The notes under the pieces are model-generated. The model did no database searches, was not told the DNA's origin, and worked only from the letters and a program-made list of their open reading frames with translations. From positions 1-57,417 of the forward strand of contig JBKCJE010000006.1 of assembly GCA_046301955.1 (NCBI GenBank): 57,417 nucleotides of DNA, read 5' to 3'. Shown piece after piece: positions 54,430-57,417 of this stretch. Source of the DNA: Bacteroidota bacterium (lineage in GTDB: Bacteria > Bacteroidota > Bacteroidia > NS11-12g > UBA955). Position 1 is the stretch's first letter. Every line of letters begins with the position of its first letter. The position numbers and the translations under genes were made by a program.

Positions 54430-55538
54430 CCAACGATTTGGCATTTGACCAGCGGATGCAGCGCATCTGTGGCAGTTTGGCGGCCGCAAGTTACGAAGTA
54501 ACTCTGGTCGGCCGCCTCAAAAACGACTCCCGCAGCCTAACAAACCAACCCTATCAACAAGTTCGCCTCAAACACATGCTGTTCAGCAAAGGCAAATTGT
54601 TTTATCTCGAATTCAATATCCGATTGCTGTTCTATTTGCTATTCGTTCGCACCGACGCCATTTGCAGCATCGACTTAGACACCGCTTTACCGGGTATTTT
54701 GGTGGCCAAACTGCGAAAAAAGTATCATATTTTCGACGCCCACGAATTGTTTACCCATGTGCCGGAGGTGGAGCGACGCAAACGCGTGCAAGCGGTATGG
54801 TCTTGGGTTCAGCGATTCACCTTCAAGCACACTGATTCTGCGTATACCGTTGGTCCGGCCATTGCCGAATACTTCGAAGGGCTTTATCACCGGCCTGTAA
54901 AAGTGGTGAGAAACATGCCCATCGCCACCGATTTGATGACTCAAGCACAGGATTCAACTGCGCCAAACCCCTTTGCTTGGTTAGGCGATAGGCGATTTAT
55001 TTTGTACCAAGGGGCCCTGAACGAAGGACGTGGGTTGGAAGCCCTCATCGAGGCCATGAAATCCATCCCTTGTGAACTTGTTTTGGCCGGGGAAGGCGAT
55101 TTGAGTCAGGCCTTGCGCGATCGGGTGGCCAAGGCTGAATTACAAGACAAAATTCATTTTTTGGGCATGATTGCCCCGCATCAATTGCCGCTGCTGACAC
55201 CGATGGCATATTTGGGTTTCAATGTGAGCGAAAATGTGGGTTTGAGTTACTATTTGTCGCTCAATAACAAATTCTTCGATTACACACAAGCGCGATTGCC
55301 AAGTTTGGTCAACCCTTATCCAGAATATACGAAATTATTGTCGGATTTCCAAGTAGGACTGCCTACGGAGCCCAATGCCGCATCAATCATTGCCAATGCC
55401 AACAGGGTTTTGGGCGATGTTTCTTTGCACGGGGCGCTAAGGGCGGCCTGCGAAGCAGCCGCCCTTAGCTGGCAGTGGGATATTGAGCAGCAAGCCTTAC
55501 TTTCCATCTACCAACAACTGTTACCTAATCACCCGTGA
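54402..55538 (+). CDS. Glycosyltransferase (GT-B fold, GT4-like)
   Basis: 378 aa. ILYQGALNEGRGLEALIEAM...LVLAGEGD...KIHFLG is typical of the GT4 C-terminal Rossmann half. It overlaps the recQ 3' end by 28 nt. Confidence 0.8.
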   Translation: MGRRIIFTVTNDLAFDQRMQRICGSLAAASYEVTLVGRLKNDSRSLTNQPYQQVRLKHMLFSKGKLFYLEFNIRLLFYLLFVRTDAICSIDLDTALPGILVAKLRKKYHIFDAHELFTHVPEVERRKRVQAVWSWVQRFTFKHTDSAYTVGPAIAEYFEGLYHRPVKVVRNMPIATDLMTQAQDSTAPNPFAWLGDRRFILYQGALNEGRGLEALIEAMKSIPCELVLAGEGDLSQALRDRVAKAELQDKIHFLGMIAPHQLPLLTPMAYLGFNVSENVGLSYYLSLNNKFFDYTQARLPSLVNPYPEYTKLLSDFQVGLPTEPNAASIIANANRVLGDVSLHGALRAACEAAALSWQWDIEQQALLSIYQQLLPNHP

Positions 55539-56683
55539 GCAAGCAAAACACCGTGAAGATTTCCCACATTCATATCATCGCCTTTGACCTTCCCTACCCC
55601 CCAGATTACGGGGGAGCCACCGATATCTACCACAAAATCCGCAGCCTCTATGATTTGGGTGTAAAAATAACCCTGCACGTATTTTTGTACAAAGGCAAAA
55701 TGCCCGCGCCGGCATTGGAAGCCCTGACCGAAAAAACGCATTACTACTATCGCCGTCGTTTTGTGAATCCCTTTTGGGGGTCCAAACCGTATGTGGTCAC
55801 CACGCGCAATAGCGAAAACCTCATGCGCAAACTGCTACTGGATGATTACCCCATTTTGTTTGAAGGACTCCATACAACGGCCTATTTGGGTCGGCCTGAA
55901 CTCAAAGACCGTATCATGGTTGTCCGTGCCCACAACGTGGAGCACAATTATTACCGGGCGCTCGGCTTCGCCGAGCGCCGCTGGATCAAACAAAAATTCT
56001 TCTTCCTGGAAGCCAATCGACTTCAAAACTACGAGCCTATATTGCAGCAAGCACATGCCATCGCTGCCATATCGCCCATGGAAACAGCCTACTTTCAAAA
56101 AACCTACGGCAATACCCACTACATCCCTGCATTTCACTCAAACTCCAAAGTGATGTCGCTCCCCGGCAAAGGCGATTACGTACTCTACCACGGCAACCTC
56201 TCCATCCCGGAAAACGATCGGGCCGCCATTTACTTGGTGAAAGAAGTTTTTCCACTGCTGTCTCAACCCTGCATTGTGGCCGGCTCCAACCCCTCGCAAA
56301 TGCTGCAAAACGCCGCCGCCAAATACCCCCATATTCAAATCAAAGCCAATCTCACCGCGGAAGAAATCTTCGACCTGGTGCGCAATGCCCACGTCAATAC
56401 CCTTGTCACCTTCCAGTCTACAGGCATCAAACTCAAACTCCTGAATGCTTTGTACCGGGGCCGACATCTGGTCGCCAACACACCCATGGTGGAAGAAACC
56501 CAACTTGAATCACTGTGTCACGTCTCAGACGACCCAAAAGCCATGGCCCACATAATCAAACAATGCTTTTTGGAACCCTTTGAGGAATCAAACATCCACG
56601 ACCGGGAGCAACAGCTCAGCAACACGTTCAACAACACCGAAAACGCAAAAAAACTGATGGCGCTGTTCAATACTACAGTTTAA
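55535..56683 (+). CDS. Glycosyltransferase (GT-B fold, group 1-like)
   Basis: GTG start overlapping the upstream stop (GTGA). IIAFDLPYPPDYGGATDIYHKI... and a C-terminal half LYHGNLSIPENDRAA...IVAGSNP. The family call is by eye. Confidence 0.7.
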   Translation: MSKQNTVKISHIHIIAFDLPYPPDYGGATDIYHKIRSLYDLGVKITLHVFLYKGKMPAPALEALTEKTHYYYRRRFVNPFWGSKPYVVTTRNSENLMRKLLLDDYPILFEGLHTTAYLGRPELKDRIMVVRAHNVEHNYYRALGFAERRWIKQKFFFLEANRLQNYEPILQQAHAIAAISPMETAYFQKTYGNTHYIPAFHSNSKVMSLPGKGDYVLYHGNLSIPENDRAAIYLVKEVFPLLSQPCIVAGSNPSQMLQNAAAKYPHIQIKANLTAEEIFDLVRNAHVNTLVTFQSTGIKLKLLNALYRGRHLVANTPMVEETQLESLCHVSDDPKAMAHIIKQCFLEPFEESNIHDREQQLSNTFNNTENAKKLMALFNTTV

Positions 56684-57417
56684 ACGAATAGCCCAAACCA
56701 AAAATCCAGCTGTTTTGCCAAGCACTCGCTCCGGGCTTTACCAAATCTTTATCGTATATCGATATCAACGTGTAATTCACGTTCAAATATTTCGAAATCT
56801 TGGCCACCAGCGCGAAATCGATCCGCGAATCCAAGCTCGCATCCTCCGCCACATAAGGCGCAAACCCCAGATAGTTGAACTTCATCGTCACCTTCTTTTT
56901 AGCACCTAACTCTCGCTGAACACCCATCTGAATCTGAACCCCCATCTGGTTGTCTAAAAATTTCCCTTTGGGCACACGGGCGATTATGGTCTCGTTCCTA
57001 ATTTCATACAACAGCTGATTCAACACATACGTCTGTTTCAAGGTTACATAACCCATCCGCACGTAAAATGTGGGCAACGGCTTGTATTCCATTCCCAACG
57101 CAAACTGGGTCTGTCCTTGACTCATAAAACTCGAGTTCAAGGTCCCAACTTCCCTACCAATGGTATTTCGTGAATACCGAAACCCCGGCAGCAACTGCGT
57201 TTGAAAGTTCAATCCCCCGAAAATGGACATACCCGGCTGGGCCGATACCGTATGTCCCAGCTTACTATCCAAAAATACGTTGTCGATATTCTTCTTGTTC
57301 ACCCGATATTTTAGACCATAATTGTCGAATTGCCTGGCAGACACCATCCCAATATTCACCTTGAAAATGTTATCAAAACTGGTATTAGGGCGTTTCACCT
57401 GCGCAAATGCACTCATG
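56673..57417 (-). CDS. Putative outer-membrane beta-barrel protein, N-terminus outside the window
   Basis: The frame is open to the window edge. The first residues, ...MSAFAQ, look like the end of a signal peptide, so the true start is probably beyond 57417. Alternating beta-strand pattern, C-terminal ...WIFGLGYSFKL. It overlaps the convergent glycosyltransferase stop by 11 nt. Confidence 0.7.
   Translation of the reverse strand, partial: MSAFAQVKRPNTSFDNIFKVNIGMVSARQFDNYGLKYRVNKKNIDNVFLDSKLGHTVSAQPGMSIFGGLNFQTQLLPGFRYSRNTIGREVGTLNSSFMSQGQTQFALGMEYKPLPTFYVRMGYVTLKQTYVLNQLLYEIRNETIIARVPKGKFLDNQMGVQIQMGVQRELGAKKKVTMKFNYLGFAPYVAEDASLDSRIDFALVAKISKYLNVNYTLISIYDKDLVKPGASAWQNSWIFGLGYSFKL

Noticed and set aside
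1-57417. CRISPR arrays, tRNA or rRNA genes, IS elements or transposases, integrases, prophage or toxin-antitoxin modules, and classic defence systems.
   Set aside because: Apart from the 345-nt riboswitch leader (1645..1989), no intergenic gap exceeds about 225 nt. I saw no direct-repeat and spacer periodicity and no transposase, integrase or nuclease-like ORFs. Long-range repeat detection by eye is limited, so a dot-plot or BLAST self-comparison should confirm this.

Overview
This is a 57.4-kb, densely coding chromosomal window, almost certainly from a Bacteroidota genome. The evidence is T9SS type-A and type-B C-terminal sorting domains, TAnnTTTG -7 promoter boxes with no Shine-Dalgarno sequences, and a mevalonate pathway. 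About 45 genes are present and most are housekeeping: ligA, dapA, ruvB, queG, priA, sucC, recQ, slyD, hppD, rfbC, an M3 peptidase and a DAACS symporter. Other blocks are (1) a TolC plus HlyD-type adaptor efflux pair, (2) a divergent locus of two T9SS cargo proteins flanking an outer-membrane barrel gene, and (3) a tight six-gene operon (IDI-2, class II HMG-CoA reductase, two GHMP kinases, diphosphomevalonate decarboxylase, UbiA-type prenyltransferase) running into priA. Also present are a 1225-aa multi-TM histidine kinase, a large TPR protein, a T9SS type-B adhesin-like protein and two glycosyltransferases. Two things are invisible in the ORF track. The first 1.64 kb is one open minus-strand frame, a TonB-dependent receptor that runs off the window edge, and a textbook cobalamin riboswitch precedes it. 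The two adjacent DNA polymerase III alpha ORFs are one reading frame interrupted by a single in-frame TAA. I found no rRNA, tRNA, CRISPR array, IS element or prophage genes. I did not find an unambiguous novel multi-gene system. The best follow-up candidates are the riboswitch and receptor unit, the interrupted dnaE2-like gene, the mevalonate operon with its UbiA enzyme (atypical second motif), a CXXCH-bearing T9SS cargo protein, and two palindromic operator-like elements. All family assignments are by-eye motif recognition with no database search.
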